A stretch of 64,000 bases of DNA, from positions 1-64,000 of the forward strand of contig CAVVUS010000023.1 in NCBI GenBank assembly GCA_963751345.1. The letters run 5' to 3'. The notes under the pieces were generated by a model that saw only the letters and a list, made by a program, of their open reading frames with translations, was not told the origin of the DNA and did not search any database. Shown one piece after another: positions 24,257-34,852 of the stretch. Each line of letters starts with the position of its first letter. Position 1 is the stretch's first letter. Position numbers and translations under genes: made by a program. Source of the DNA: an uncultured Chloroflexia bacterium. Lineage in GTDB: Bacteria; Chloroflexota; Anaerolineae; B4-G1; SLSP01.

Positions 24257-24865
24257 TCATCTGGAGACCTGGGGATGGTCTCTGAGCCAGAATCGCCACG
24301 GCCTGGTCCGCGCTTCTTCTCCCCCGGGGACGCGCACGCGAGGTCCGGCGACGATCGATTCCCCTTCTGTGAGAGTTCCCGCAGTGAGGTAGAGGTTCGG
24401 GTCTGTGCAGAGGTCGAGATTGTTGAGTGATCCGTCGATCGCTAGCGCCTGTGCCAGCTTGGCCGGTCCATTGGTCAGGTTGCGGTCCGGCGGCCCACCG
24501 CGGAGCTGCCGCATCATGTCAATCCCCACCACGGGGTCTAGCGCCCGGATGAGTATCGCTCCGGGGGATTCCTCGGGGTGCGCCACGATATTGAACATCC
24601 AGTGCATCCCATAGATAAAGTAGACGTAGGCATGACCCGGCGGGCCAAACATAGGATAGTTACGGTGGGTCTGCCCGGGGCGAGCGTGAGATGCTGCATC
24701 CTCCGTTCCCCGATAGGCCTCTGCCTCGACGATTCTCCCGATCAGCCGTTGCCCATCAATGATACGAACTATCTGTTTCCCAATGAGGGCACGCGCGACC
24801 GTCGCGGGCTCGCGTGCATAAAAACTCCGCTGGAGTGGGTCGCCAGAGGATTTGACTTTTGTCAT
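24257..24865 (-). CDS. mpg: DNA-3-methyladenine glycosylase (MPG/AAG family)
   Basis: GRIVEAEAY, DAASHA, MFGPPGHAYVYFIYGMH, AILIRA, NGPAKLAQAL, PWRF. Confidence 0.93.
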   Translation of the reverse strand: MTKVKSSGDPLQRSFYAREPATVARALIGKQIVRIIDGQRLIGRIVEAEAYRGTEDAASHARPGQTHRNYPMFGPPGHAYVYFIYGMHWMFNIVAHPEESPGAILIRALDPVVGIDMMRQLRGGPPDRNLTNGPAKLAQALAIDGSLNNLDLCTDPNLYLTAGTLTEGESIVAGPRVRVPGGEEARTRPWRFWLRDHPQVSR

Positions 24866-25011
24866 TTAGTGGGCTATCTTCTGGTTATAAACTAACCCGG
24901 ATACGCAGGATCCTATCGGCCAGGTGCCGAGACCTATCGGCCAAGAGCCGTGACCGTTCGGAACCATGGTCCTGCAGGACATTAGGTACGCTAACGACCG
25001 GAGGTACAGCG

Positions 25012-25428
25012 ATGGGCGACATCCCCGATTGGCTGGTTGAGTTGGCAGCGCAGCGGGACGAGGAGGACGACGAAGCAGACGAGACGGAGTGGGACATCCT
25101 GCGAGCTGACGACACGGAGGAGCCAGCAGCTGGTTCGGCGGAAGCTGACGTGCCGGTGGAGGCCTCGCCGGAAGTCGTCGAGCGAGATGCCGCCATGGAT
25201 ACGGCGAATCTGGATGAGGGTGCGTTGATCGATGTCCTGCGGAGCCAGGTGGAGACCGAAGAGGAGGCTGCAGACGTGGTTTCGGCGACCTCACGGAAGG
25301 GCATCGGACTCCTCATACCCGGGCTGCTACCGTGGCAACAGTTGGTCCTCGCGGCCCTGTTGTTGCTGGATATCATCGTTATCGGACTCCTGTTCCTTGT
25401 TATGCTGGGCAGGATGACCATCGGGTAG
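25012..25428 (+). CDS. Acidic hypothetical protein with C-terminal transmembrane helix
   Basis: GGAGG RBS, DIPDWL motif, Asp/Glu-rich body, C-terminal hydrophobic stretch. Confidence 0.65.
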   Translation: MGDIPDWLVELAAQRDEEDDEADETEWDILRADDTEEPAAGSAEADVPVEASPEVVERDAAMDTANLDEGALIDVLRSQVETEEEAADVVSATSRKGIGLLIPGLLPWQQLVLAALLLLDIIVIGLLFLVMLGRMTIG

Positions 25429-25471
25429 TTCGCCTGACCTGTGCTGTGTGACCGCTGACCAGGTCCTGTGG

Positions 25472-26556
25472 CTACGACAGATGGCGCACGAGGAAATCCT
25501 TCAGTCCGACCACGAGTGGGCTGTCTCCCTTGGCCAGAGCTAGCGGTACGCCCTTGCCCACAACCAACGCTTGGTTGGGATCATAGGGCAGGTCGGCATG
25601 GAGTGGAACCCGCACGACTCTCTGAAGGTCCTCGGCACGCGGATGTCGGCCCGCATCCGGGACGTTGCGCAATAGCAGGACCTCGACCGGAAGGGTCTTG
25701 AGCGCCTGGAGCGTCGCCAGTGTGCTTTGGATTGCGGGAGGATCATCTCCGGTCAGCAGTAATACACGCCCGGCTGCGGAAAGTAGTGCCAATATCCCGT
25801 CATCCAGCGCCGGTGGCATGTCGATCACAACCGAAGCCGGCTGGGCCAGCAGGCTCTGCAAGATGGCAGCTAACTGATCCTTGTGAAGCCAGCCTGTGGG
25901 CGACGGGATGGGAGGCGCACAGAGCACCTTAAGGCCCGATCGATGCTCCAGGAGCAGGTCCCCTACCGGCGTCTGGGGCGCGCGTGCGTAGGTCCCCCAG
26001 TGCCGCTGGGGCTGGAGTCCCAGGAAGAGAGCTACGTGGCCTGAGGCCGGCGATAGGTCCCACAGGATCGTAGGGCTGCTTTGCTGCATAAGCAAAGCCA
26101 GGTTCGTGGCCACCGTCGTCGCGCCAATGCCGCCCTTTAGGCACATCACGGGCACGACAGACACCGCACTTGGCCGCGCGGAACTGGAGGCCCTTGATAC
26201 TAGGTCTTCGATGACGCTGGAGAGCTCCTGGAAGTTGACGGGCTTGGCCAGGTGAAGGTCAGCCCCCGCTTCGAAAGCAGCCTGCTTGTCTACAGACTGA
26301 CTGCGGGCGGTCAGCATCACGATCCCAACGTTCTTCGTCTCGGGATGAGCTCGGAGTTGCCGCACTACCTCGTAGCCGTCCATGCCAGGCATCATGACGT
26401 CGACCACGGCGACATCGGGATGTGCGCCGAGCGCAATCTCGAGTGCCTCCCGTCCGCTCTTGCACGTGACGACCTCGTGAGGTGTTCGACGTTCGAAGAA
26501 CACCGAAGCATGTCCAGCAAATCGGCACTGTCGTCGACGATCAGGATGCGTGCCAT
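25472..26556 (-). CDS. Response-regulator receiver fused to CpaE/TadZ (MinD-like) ATPase domain (frameshift near 26500)
   Basis: True N-terminus MARILIVDD in another frame; DVMMPGMDG, MLTA and KP receiver motifs; KGGIGATT deviant P-loop; VVIDMPP; KGVPL. Confidence 0.8.
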
Positions 26557-26613
26557 ACCCACCCCCTAGGCGCCTGCCTTCGGCGTGTCGAGTGGCGAGG
26601 TCGTCCCGGAACA

Positions 26614-27147
26614 TCAGTGCTGAGATCCGTCCGACGCCCGCTCTCCCAAGTAGAAAACGCCCGCCCGACTGATGAGGGCGGCCCCCCCGTGGTAGCTGAT
26701 CTCCGGGCTGAATGTGCAGCGCGCGGTTACGTCCAGAAGCGTGATGAACACTCCGGCATCATTGCTGAGAAAGCTCCTGGGGTCGAAAAGCCGAGTTGAG
26801 GTCTGAAGGCGTCCCTGGATCTCAAAGAACGGCACGACAAGGCAGAGATCGAAGCTGCGGTCTCCAGATGCAAAGCGCTGACCGCGACGCAAGCCATCCT
26901 TTTGCTCCACAGTCATAACGAAGTCGAGGTTGTGCTTGGCCAGTATCGTCGAGGCGTGGTATGCGCTAATCTTGGCAGGATCCGTGATCGGGGACAGGTA
27001 GGCTTCCTTGATGAGTAGGTAGCTGCTGGTGGTGTCAAAGATGACGTCCGAGAGAGAGCTATTTCCTCCGACAAACGTACCCGAGAGACGATAGCCCTGT
27101 GCAAAGAAATCCGCCACGATTGGCTGGTCCTGGCCCTGTCTCTGCAT
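26614..27147 (-). CDS. Hypothetical beta-rich protein with an internal duplicated domain
   Basis: ORF between the LysM and REC-CpaE genes; two similar halves (YRLSGT..LSDV..YLLIKEA and FEIQGRL..FITLLDV). Confidence 0.6.
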   Translation of the reverse strand: MQRQGQDQPIVADFFAQGYRLSGTFVGGNSSLSDVIFDTTSSYLLIKEAYLSPITDPAKISAYHASTILAKHNLDFVMTVEQKDGLRRGQRFASGDRSFDLCLVVPFFEIQGRLQTSTRLFDPRSFLSNDAGVFITLLDVTARCTFSPEISYHGGAALISRAGVFYLGERASDGSQH

Positions 27148-27174
27148 GGTGCATACCCCCCGCTAATCCGCGTG

Positions 27175-28411
27175 CTATGGAGCTTGCTTGGGCGCCAACC
27201 ACGTGAAAACATGTCGTCCCGGCGCCAGACTGATGATCTTGTAGTCGGGATCTGCAGTATCCGTGACTTGCCTTACGACCAGAACGCGCCAGGAAAACGT
27301 GCGATCCTCTACCGTCTCCGGCGGGAATAGATCCGCAGGAACTCGCCAGACGGTTGACTTCAGGGTTTCCTGATACGTGATCTTCTGTCCGTCGGTGGGC
27401 ACGATCAGCTCCACTTGGTAGAACTCTCTCTCGTCGAGTATCCCGATCGAGGCCCACTGCAGTGCGATCACAGTGTCGGCCCCGGAGAATTCAGTGCCAT
27501 CCGGTGGGTATAGCATAGCCGGGGCAGGATACTGCGTGATTCCTGGCGTTGCAGTGGGCGTCGCGTTCTCAATGACCTCAGGCTGTGGGGTGGGTGTGCT
27601 CTGCGGAATGATGAGCACATCGTTCAGCCTGAATGGTCTCAGAGTCGGCTGGGATGTCATTAGCGAGGCGGATGACATCGACACTGACGCCATACTGTTC
27701 GGCAATCGTTGACAATGTGTCGCCCGCACGGACGGTGTGTAGGACAAAGGCGCTTGGGGTCGCCGTTGGTTGTCCGGGCTCCAGCGTTGGCGGCGGTCCA
27801 GGGGTAGGGGTTGGGGGCGGGATCAGCAGCTCTTCCCCCTCTACGATGAACTCCGAGTCCAGGCTGTTGTAGGCTATGAGTTCATCCACGGAGAGGTCAT
27901 ATTCGGCCGCGATCTCAGATAGCACGTCCCCTGGTTGCACCACGTAGACGAGTGGGGGCACGGGAGTGAACGTCGGCGTCGGCAATGGCGTGGCGGTCGG
28001 CGTTGACGTCGCTGTGGGGCTTGGCCTGGTCGTTGGGGAGGCCGTAACCGTAGGTGTGAAGGTCGGCAACTCGGGCGCGATCTCGCCCTTGGCAAGGTTC
28101 AGGCCCAGGATCACCGAACCGGTGAGTGTGATGACCGCCACAACCGCGAGAATCGCGACACGCAGTGGCTGGATCGGGTGCTTGTCACTCTCGGCGTCCT
28201 GCCGGCGCCTATCCTTGGCATCGGTCTCAGCCTCGCCTATCGGGTGCGCATCCGCTATCGCCTCTGCCGGTCGTTCATCTTCAGCTTCAGCGAGGATCGT
28301 CCCGCATATTAGGCAGATGGTGGCGCCATCTGCGACACGCGCGCCACACTCAGGGCAGTGGCGACGGGGACGGTCAGGTAGAGATCGTATCGTCTGTTGG
28401 TCTTCTTCCAT
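27175..28411 (-). CDS. Zinc-ribbon/TM/2xLysM peptidoglycan-binding protein with PT linkers (frameshift near 27630)
   Basis: CPECGA..CLICG, TM helix, YVVQPGDVLSEIAAEY, HTVRAGDTLSTIAEQYGVS, C-terminal YPAP..PPDG..LQW..WRV domain. Confidence 0.85.
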
Positions 28412-28558
28412 GGCTTTCTGAACCTGGAAAGCCCGCGACATCGGCTTACGCTTATTGCGATTGTCGTTGGTGTTCGGTGCGCCCGGATCCCAGGGTTAGG
28501 GCATGATAACACCGATACAGGCAAGATCAAGCTTGCGCACGATCGCACCGCCGCTGGC

Positions 28559-28614
28559 TTGACCCGTGGGGCCAAATCGTGGTATAATCCTGTAAATCAT
28601 AAGGTATACCTTAT
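28559..28614 (+). promoter_or_regulatory. Promoter plus 16-bp palindromic operator upstream of dtxR-feoABC
   Basis: TTGACC-18-TATAAT (TG-extended), then the perfect palindrome ATAAGGTATACCTTAT at 28599-28614. Confidence 0.75.
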
Positions 28615-28640
28615 AATTATGGGATCTGCAGGTGTGAGCT

Positions 28641-29291
28641 ATGTTACTTGAGAGGGCTGAGGAATACCTCGGCGCAATCTATCGACTGCGCGTTGATGCA
28701 GAGACGCCGCTGCCGCTCTCTCAGCTTACGGAGTATTTCGGTTTCTCTCCGGTCTCGGTTCACGAGATGGTTCAGAAACTCAACGATCGGGAATGGGTGC
28801 TCTACCACCCGTATCGAGGGGTTACGCTGACCGAGAGTGGTGAAGAGGCGGCCCTGGCTTTGCTGCGCCGGCACAGGCTCTGGGAGCGATTCCTCGCCGA
28901 TGTCCTGGATCTGCCGTGGGACGAGGCGCACGCTATCGCCGGTCAGCTTGAGCACGCGGCACCGGAGCAGGTCACAGAGCGGCTGGCTGTCTTCCTGGGT
29001 GACCCGACCGTTTGCCCGCACGGAGGCCCAATCCCGCCCCATATGGACCAACTACCGGATCACTGTCTGGGCGGCCTGGCTGTGGGTGCAGAGGCACGTG
29101 TGACACGCATCGCCCCGGAGACCCCAGATCGTCTTCGGCTGGCGGCTGAACTGAATCTGGTCCCCGGCCGATATTTGAAGGTTCGAGCTCAAGATGAGAA
29201 CGCGGTCGAGGTCGAGGTGTTTGGTGAGGAGGGGGGCGTGGTGCGGGTGCCTATGGACCACGCGCTGGCAATCTGGCTGGAGCTGCTATAG
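28641..29291 (+). CDS. DtxR/MntR family metal-dependent repressor with C-terminal FeoA/SH3 domain
   Basis: EEYLGAIY, SVHEMV, PYRGVTLT, RRHRLWERFL, LEH, CPHGGPIP. Confidence 0.92.
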   Translation: MLLERAEEYLGAIYRLRVDAETPLPLSQLTEYFGFSPVSVHEMVQKLNDREWVLYHPYRGVTLTESGEEAALALLRRHRLWERFLADVLDLPWDEAHAIAGQLEHAAPEQVTERLAVFLGDPTVCPHGGPIPPHMDQLPDHCLGGLAVGAEARVTRIAPETPDRLRLAAELNLVPGRYLKVRAQDENAVEVEVFGEEGGVVRVPMDHALAIWLELL

Positions 29292-29307
29292 GAGGCTACG
29301 TCCGCCC

Positions 29308-29559
29308 ATGGTCCCACTTGAAAGACTCAGCCCCGGCGAAACCGGGTTTGTCGGCATGTTGGAGGGAGGGCATCACTTTATGTCACGGCTGGCCGCACTG
29401 GGCTTCACGGCGGGTGCGCCCGTGACTGTAATGCGGAACTACCGGTCGGGGCCTATCATCGTTCTGGTCAGGGGCGCGCAGATTGCACTCGGTCGGGGCG
29501 AAGCTCAGCGCGTCAAGGTCTACCGCTCCGAGGAAAACGCTGATGCATTGCGATCCTGA
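29308..29559 (+). CDS. feoA: Ferrous iron transport protein A
   Basis: RLAALGF..GPIIVLVRGAQIALGRGEA. Confidence 0.9.
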   Translation: MVPLERLSPGETGFVGMLEGGHHFMSRLAALGFTAGAPVTVMRNYRSGPIIVLVRGAQIALGRGEAQRVKVYRSEENADALRS

Positions 29560-31590
29560 TCAGGTCCGTCTCTGCCTTCGAGGCGAGGTGTCGCCACGCG
29601 GGCTGCCGGCCGCGATACCTTGGTCGTTGCGCTGGCAGGCCAGCCCAACGTTGGGAAATCCACGATCTTCAACATGCTGACCGGGCTAAGCCAGCACGTC
29701 GGCAATTGGCCCGGCAAGACCGTCGCGCGCAGAACCGGGACCTGCATAGCGGGCGACACCGAGTTCCATATCGTGGATCTACCGGGCACGTACAGTCTGA
29801 CGGCGGCTTCTGTCGAGGAGTGCATTGCCCGCGATTTCATCATCCGGGAGCGTCCGGACGTCGTCATAGCCGTCGTCGATGCCGCGATCCCCGAGCGCAG
29901 CCTCTATCTCCTGGCTGAGTTGCTTCTGCTGCCTGCACCGGTCGTGCTTGTGCTGAACATGATGGATGTCGCGCAACAGGAGGGCGTGCAGATCGAGCCA
30001 CCTGTTCTGCAGGCGGCCTTGGGCATCCCGGTTATCCCGATGGTGGCTACCCGTAGCGAGGGCGTCGCAAAGATGCTGGACGCGGTCCTGGCAGTTGCGG
30101 ATGGAGCCTTTCCCTACGAGCCCCGCCGGCCTACGATTCTTCCTGCACACCGGGACGTGCTTGCGAGCCTGATCACCCTGATCGCCCCCTACATCGAGGA
30201 TCCCTATCCGGTCGACTGGGTCGCCTTGAAGCTCCTGGAGGGTGATGAGGAGATCCATCGTATGATGGAGTTGGTCGTGCCGCCGGGTGTGAGCGATGCA
30301 GTGCATCAGGTGCTCCACCAACACGAGGATGCGGTTCTCGACGTGGCGGGCGCCCGCTACGAGTGGATAGGCCGCATGGTGCGGGCGGCCGTCGTGCGCC
30401 CGCGGGTTGGACAGGTGGGCCTGACATCGCGCCTCGACGCGGTGCTGACACATCCCATCTGGGGGACGTTGGCCCTGCTCTCGGTGCTCGGCGTGGTGTT
30501 TGGGCTGACATATGCCGTGGGCAACCCCCTGCAGGCGTGGCTCGACGTCCAGCTGGGCCGGCTTGCGGGACTCCTGGGGAGTGCAATGGCTGTAGCCGGT
30601 GCACCACTGTGGCTGGCCGATCTACTGGCCGACGGGCTCCTCGGGGGCGTCGGCATGGTGGTTACTTTCCTTCCCATCCTGGCGATTTTCTTTCTGGTTC
30701 TGGGCGTTTTGGAGGACACCGGGTATATGGCGCGGGCGGCTTTTGTGACCGATCGCTTCATGCATATGATGGGCCTACACGGCAAGAGCTTCATGCCCCT
30801 CCTGTTGGGTTTCGGGTGTAACGTGCCGGCGGTACTCGGTGCCCGCATCGTCGACTCAGGACGTGCGCGGATCCTGACCGTCCTTCTTGCTCCCCTCGTG
30901 CCGTGTGCGGCCCAGATGGCCGTCGTTACAATCCTGGGCGCCGCGCTCTTCGGCAATGCGGCTGGTCTCATTGTCTGGGCGTTGGTCGCCCTCAACCTCG
31001 CCGTTCTCGCCGGCATGGGGCTCTTCATGAACCGGTTCGTACTCAAGGGTGAGCGTGCCGTGTTCATCATGGAGCTGCCCCTGTACCACGTGCCAAATAC
31101 CCGCGCAATTGGTCTCTACGTGTGGCGGAATCTAGTCGGGTTCCTGCAGAAGGCGGGCAGTGTGATTCTGGTGGCCTCACTGGCTGTGTGGTTGTTCTCC
31201 TATCTTCCCAACGGTGGTGACGTCACCCATAGTTTCCTCGCCGGCTTCGGGCGTACGCTGGAACCCCTGGGTAGGCTGATGGGCTTCCCCTGGCAAGTGC
31301 TCGTCGCCCTGCTGACCAGTATCGTGGCAAAAGAGAATACGATTGCCACACTCGGGGTGCTCTACGGCAACGTCGGGACGGCGCTGTCTGGCGTGCTCTC
31401 GGGGCCGGCAGCGCTATCTCTGCTGGTTGTCCAGATGCTCTTTGTGCCTTGCGTCGCGACGCTGGCGGCGATGAAGCAGGAGTCCGGGTCGTGGCGATGG
31501 GTGGCCGCGGAGTTCGGCTTTCTGCTCATCTTGTCGATTGCGGCGGGCATCCTGGTCTACCAACTTGGGACGTACCTGACAGGAGGATGA
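29543..31590 (+). CDS. feoB: Ferrous iron transport protein B (frameshift in N-terminus near 29600)
   Basis: GQPNVGKS, VGNWPGKTV, DLPGTYS, NMMD, LEDTGYMARAAF, GFGCNVPA, FIMELPLY, AKEN, PCVAT. Confidence 0.95.
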
Positions 31591-31591
31591 C

Positions 31592-31861
31592 GTGCTGCAG
31601 CAGATATTACGTCTGATGTCAGAGGGCGCCGCGAACACTCAGGATGAACTTGCCAAGTCGCTGGGAGTATCGGCGCCACTGCTCTCGCAGATGCTGGGCC
31701 AGCTGACGCGCCAGGGGTACCTCCGTGAGGCAGAGCAGTGTGGTTCAGGTTGTACGGGCTGCGCCCTGGCGACGGCCTGCGGCGAACCCCAAGCGCTGCG
31801 TATTTGGACGCTGACGGAGAAGGGACAGCAGGCCGCGCTACGATCGCGAAGTGATGGATAG
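31592..31861 (+). CDS. feoC: FeoC-like winged-helix Cys-rich protein
   Basis: LQQILRLM..ELAKSLGVS..L..L.RQGYL followed by CGSGCTGCALATAC. Confidence 0.8.
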   Translation: MLQQILRLMSEGAANTQDELAKSLGVSAPLLSQMLGQLTRQGYLREAEQCGSGCTGCALATACGEPQALRIWTLTEKGQQAALRSRSDG

Positions 31862-31902
31862 ACCCGTTGCACTGAATCCCATCGCTTCCCTGTATAACAA
31901 GA

Positions 31903-31931
31903 CAGGGGCGCGACTCTTGGTCGCGCCCCTG
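31903..31931. terminator. Terminator hairpin between convergent feoC and groEL
   Basis: CAGGGGCGCGAC-tcttg-GTCGCGCCCCTG 12-bp stem. Confidence 0.7.
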
Positions 31932-31957
31932 AATTTAGCTTACCGATCTGTTCCGGT

Positions 31958-33597
31958 CTAGTACATTCCGCCGCCGGGCCCAGCTGGGGGCGCCGGTTTC
32001 TCGGGCTCGGGAATGTCCGTGATCAGGGCCTCGGTGCTCAGCACCATTGCGGCCACCGATGCGGCATTGAGTAGAGCACCCTTGGTGACCTTGGCAGGAT
32101 CGATAATCCCTGCCTCGATCATATCCAGGTACTCGCCACTCATCACGTCGTAACCCATGTGCAAGTTACCGGTCTGTTCCTGCTTCCGGCGAACCTCGGA
32201 GAGGATCACGGCACCATCCTCGCCGGCGTTCTCGCTGATCCTGCGAATCGGGGCCAAAAGGGCCTTGCGCAGGATCATGACACCGGTCTGCTCGTCGGGG
32301 TAGGTCATCTCCAGGTTGTCCAGCGAGCTCACGGCATTCACCAGAGCAACGCCACCGCCGGGCACGATACCTTCCTCCACCGCAGCGCGGGTAGCGCTCA
32401 GCGCGTCCTCGACACGGTGCTTCTTTTCCTTCAGCTCGGTCTCAGTCGCGGCACCCACGCGGATGATGGCTACGCCACCAGCCAGCTTGGCCAGCCGCTC
32501 CTGGAGCTTCTCGCGATCGTAGTCGGAGCTGGAGTGATCCATCTCGACCTTGATCTGCTCGATCCGTCCCTGGATCATGCCGATCATCACCGTGACCGCC
32601 CACGATGGTCGTGTCGTCCTTGGTGGCGATAACCTTGTCAGCGCGACCAAGATCTTCCATCGTGGCGCCGTCGAGCTTGCGGCCCTGCTCTTCGGTGATG
32701 ACAGTGCCACCGGTCAGGGTGGCGATGTCCTCGAGCATTGCCTTGCGGCGATCCCCGAATCCAGGGGCCTTGACGGCCAACGCGGTCAGCAGGCCGCGCA
32801 GCTTGTTGACAATCAACGTGGCCAACGCCTCGCCGTCAACGTCCTCGGCGATGATGACCAGGTTGCGGGCGCCCCGCTGTACCAACTTCTCAAGAATGGG
32901 GACCAGATCCTGGGCTGCGGAGATCTTCTTGTCGTGGATCAGAACGTACGCATCCTCGATGATGGCTTCCATCGTGTCCGGGTTGGGTCACGAAGTAGGC
33001 GCTGAGGTAACCGCGATCGAACTGCATACCCTCGACATACTCGGTCTCGAACTCGAGGCCCTTGGACTCCTCAACGGTGATCACGCCATCCTTGCCGACC
33101 TTATCCATCACATCTGCGATGAGCTCGCCGATCTGACGATCCTGGGCGGAGATGGAGGCGACGTTGGCGATGTTGGCCTTGGTGTTGACCTCAATGGCGG
33201 TACCGGCGATCGCGGCTGCGACCATGTCGGCTGCTTCCAGAATGCCACGCTTGAGCAGCATTGGGTTGGCGCCCGCCGCCACGTTCTTCATACCCTCTTC
33301 AATCAGGACGTGCGCCAGCAACGTGGCTGTCGTGGTGCCGTCACCGGCGATGTCGTTGGTCTTGGTGGCGGCTTCCTTGAGTAACTGCGCTCCCATGTTC
33401 TCGAAGGGATCCTCGAGCTCGATTTCTTTCGCGACGGTCACGCCATCGTGCGTGATCGTGGGGGAGCCCCATTTCTTATCCAGCGCCACGTTCCGGCCCT
33501 TAGGACCGAGGGTGGTCACCACGGCATTCGCCAAGACATCCATCCCGCGCTTTAGGCCTGCGCGCGCCTGAGTACCAAATTGTAACTGCTTAGCCAT
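31958..33597 (-). CDS. groL: Chaperonin GroEL (frameshifts near 32980 and 32590)
   Basis: [67 protein letters not shown] tail. Confidence 0.97.
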
Positions 33598-33661
33598 ATG
33601 TTATTCCTCCCGATACGATGTTCTGACCTTATACGTTGGTCGTTGTGCCTTAGCGATGCAA

Positions 33662-33967
33662 CTACCCTTCGAGGACACCAAGAATGTCATCAGCCCGCAG
33701 GATCAGCATCTCTTTGCCGTCGCGGGTCTTGAACGTGGTGCCAGCGTACTTTGCGAAGATGACCAGATCGTTTGCTTGCGGGCCAACGACGACGCCATCC
33801 TCGTTTGTGACCTCAACATCCGGGCCTACCGCCAACACCGTGCCCTGCTGGGGCTTCTCTTTGGCTGTGTCGGGGAGTACCAACTGGCCACCGGCGAAGG
33901 TCATATCTTCCTCGTCGTTGGGCTCGACAATCACGCGATCACCAAGGGGTCGAATCTTAACGCTCAT
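33662..33967 (-). CDS. groS: Co-chaperonin GroES
   Basis: IRPLGDRVIV, LPDTAKEKPQQGTVLAVGP, KYAGT, DDILGV. Confidence 0.96.
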   Translation of the reverse strand: MSVKIRPLGDRVIVEPNDEEDMTFAGGQLVLPDTAKEKPQQGTVLAVGPDVEVTNEDGVVVGPQANDLVIFAKYAGTTFKTRDGKEMLILRADDILGVLEG

Positions 33968-34003
33968 ACCTTACCTCCGTTTTGAAAGTCAATCTGCAAG
34001 GTC

Positions 34004-34094
34004 TTAGCACTCGTGTTGTGCGACTGCTAACGCTACAAGGCATGATAACACCCTTCAGGAGGGTTGTCAAGCAGTCGAGTGATGCGAGTGCTAA
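34004..34094 (-). promoter_or_regulatory. groESL promoter flanked by two CIRCE (HrcA) operators
   Basis: TTAGCACTC-N9-GACTGCTAA (34004-34030) and CAAGCAGTC-N9-GAGTGCTAA (34068-34094); minus-strand TTGACA(34070-34065)-17-TATCAT(34047-34042). Confidence 0.9.
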
Positions 34095-34221
34095 TTCTAA
34101 TGGGGATCTTATGGAGCAAGCAGCGGGCAGCTTTCAGTGGTCAGCGATTGCAGAGCCAACGGAATAGGAGTAGGAAGTAAGGAGCAGGGCAATGGAACCT
34201 ACTCCCAACTCTTGCTTGTCG

Positions 34222-34818
34222 CTAGATGCTGATCGCTTTCCGCACGGCTTGTACAAGCAATGCGTGTTCCGCCTCGTGGATGCGGGCCTCCAGCATCTCC
34301 AGCGTGTCGTCGGGAAGGATTGGGACCTCCACCTGTGCCACGACAGGACCGGCGTCGACTGCCTCATCCGGCACAAGGTGGACCATCACACCTGTGTGGT
34401 CGATCTCGCCGTGGCGATAGGCCTCGTAGGCACGGGCAATGGCGTCGGTCCCGGGGAACGTGCCCGGCAGTGCCGGGTGTAGGTTGAGGATGTGATCCGG
34501 GTAGCGGCCGATGAAGGCGTTACTCAGGATCTGCATCCATCCGGCAAGTACGACCCAGTCAACGTCGAACGCCTGGACGATTGCCGCCAGCTTCGCATCG
34601 TAGGCCTCGCGCGGGCGCCCGGCCTTTGTGTAGGGCAGAAGGGGAAAGTAGACCACTGGGATGCCGTGCTGAATCGCACGCTTGATGCCATAGGCCTCAC
34701 GGCGATTGCTGACTACGACGGCGATCTCCACCGTGGGAAGCACGTCGGTGCCCGCAGCGTCGATAATCGCCTGTAGATTGGTGCCACTGCCCGAGATCAA
34801 GACGGCAATCCGTGTCAT
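34222..34818 (-). CDS. purN: Phosphoribosylglycinamide formyltransferase
   Basis: IAVLISGSGTNLQAI, VLAGWMQIL, LNLHPALP, TGVMVH..VDAGP. Confidence 0.95.
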   Translation of the reverse strand: MTRIAVLISGSGTNLQAIIDAAGTDVLPTVEIAVVVSNRREAYGIKRAIQHGIPVVYFPLLPYTKAGRPREAYDAKLAAIVQAFDVDWVVLAGWMQILSNAFIGRYPDHILNLHPALPGTFPGTDAIARAYEAYRHGEIDHTGVMVHLVPDEAVDAGPVVAQVEVPILPDDTLEMLEARIHEAEHALLVQAVRKAISI

Positions 34819-34852
34819 CTGAGGTTCGCTCCTTCGTCACCGGCCACGGCGA

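Noticed and set aside
24912-24962. Mini CRISPR array
   Set aside because: Units are 21 bp with no spacers and no cas genes.
31958-33597. groEL as a pseudogene or programmed frameshift
   Set aside because: Essential gene with intact motifs and promoter; indels match the window-wide error pattern.
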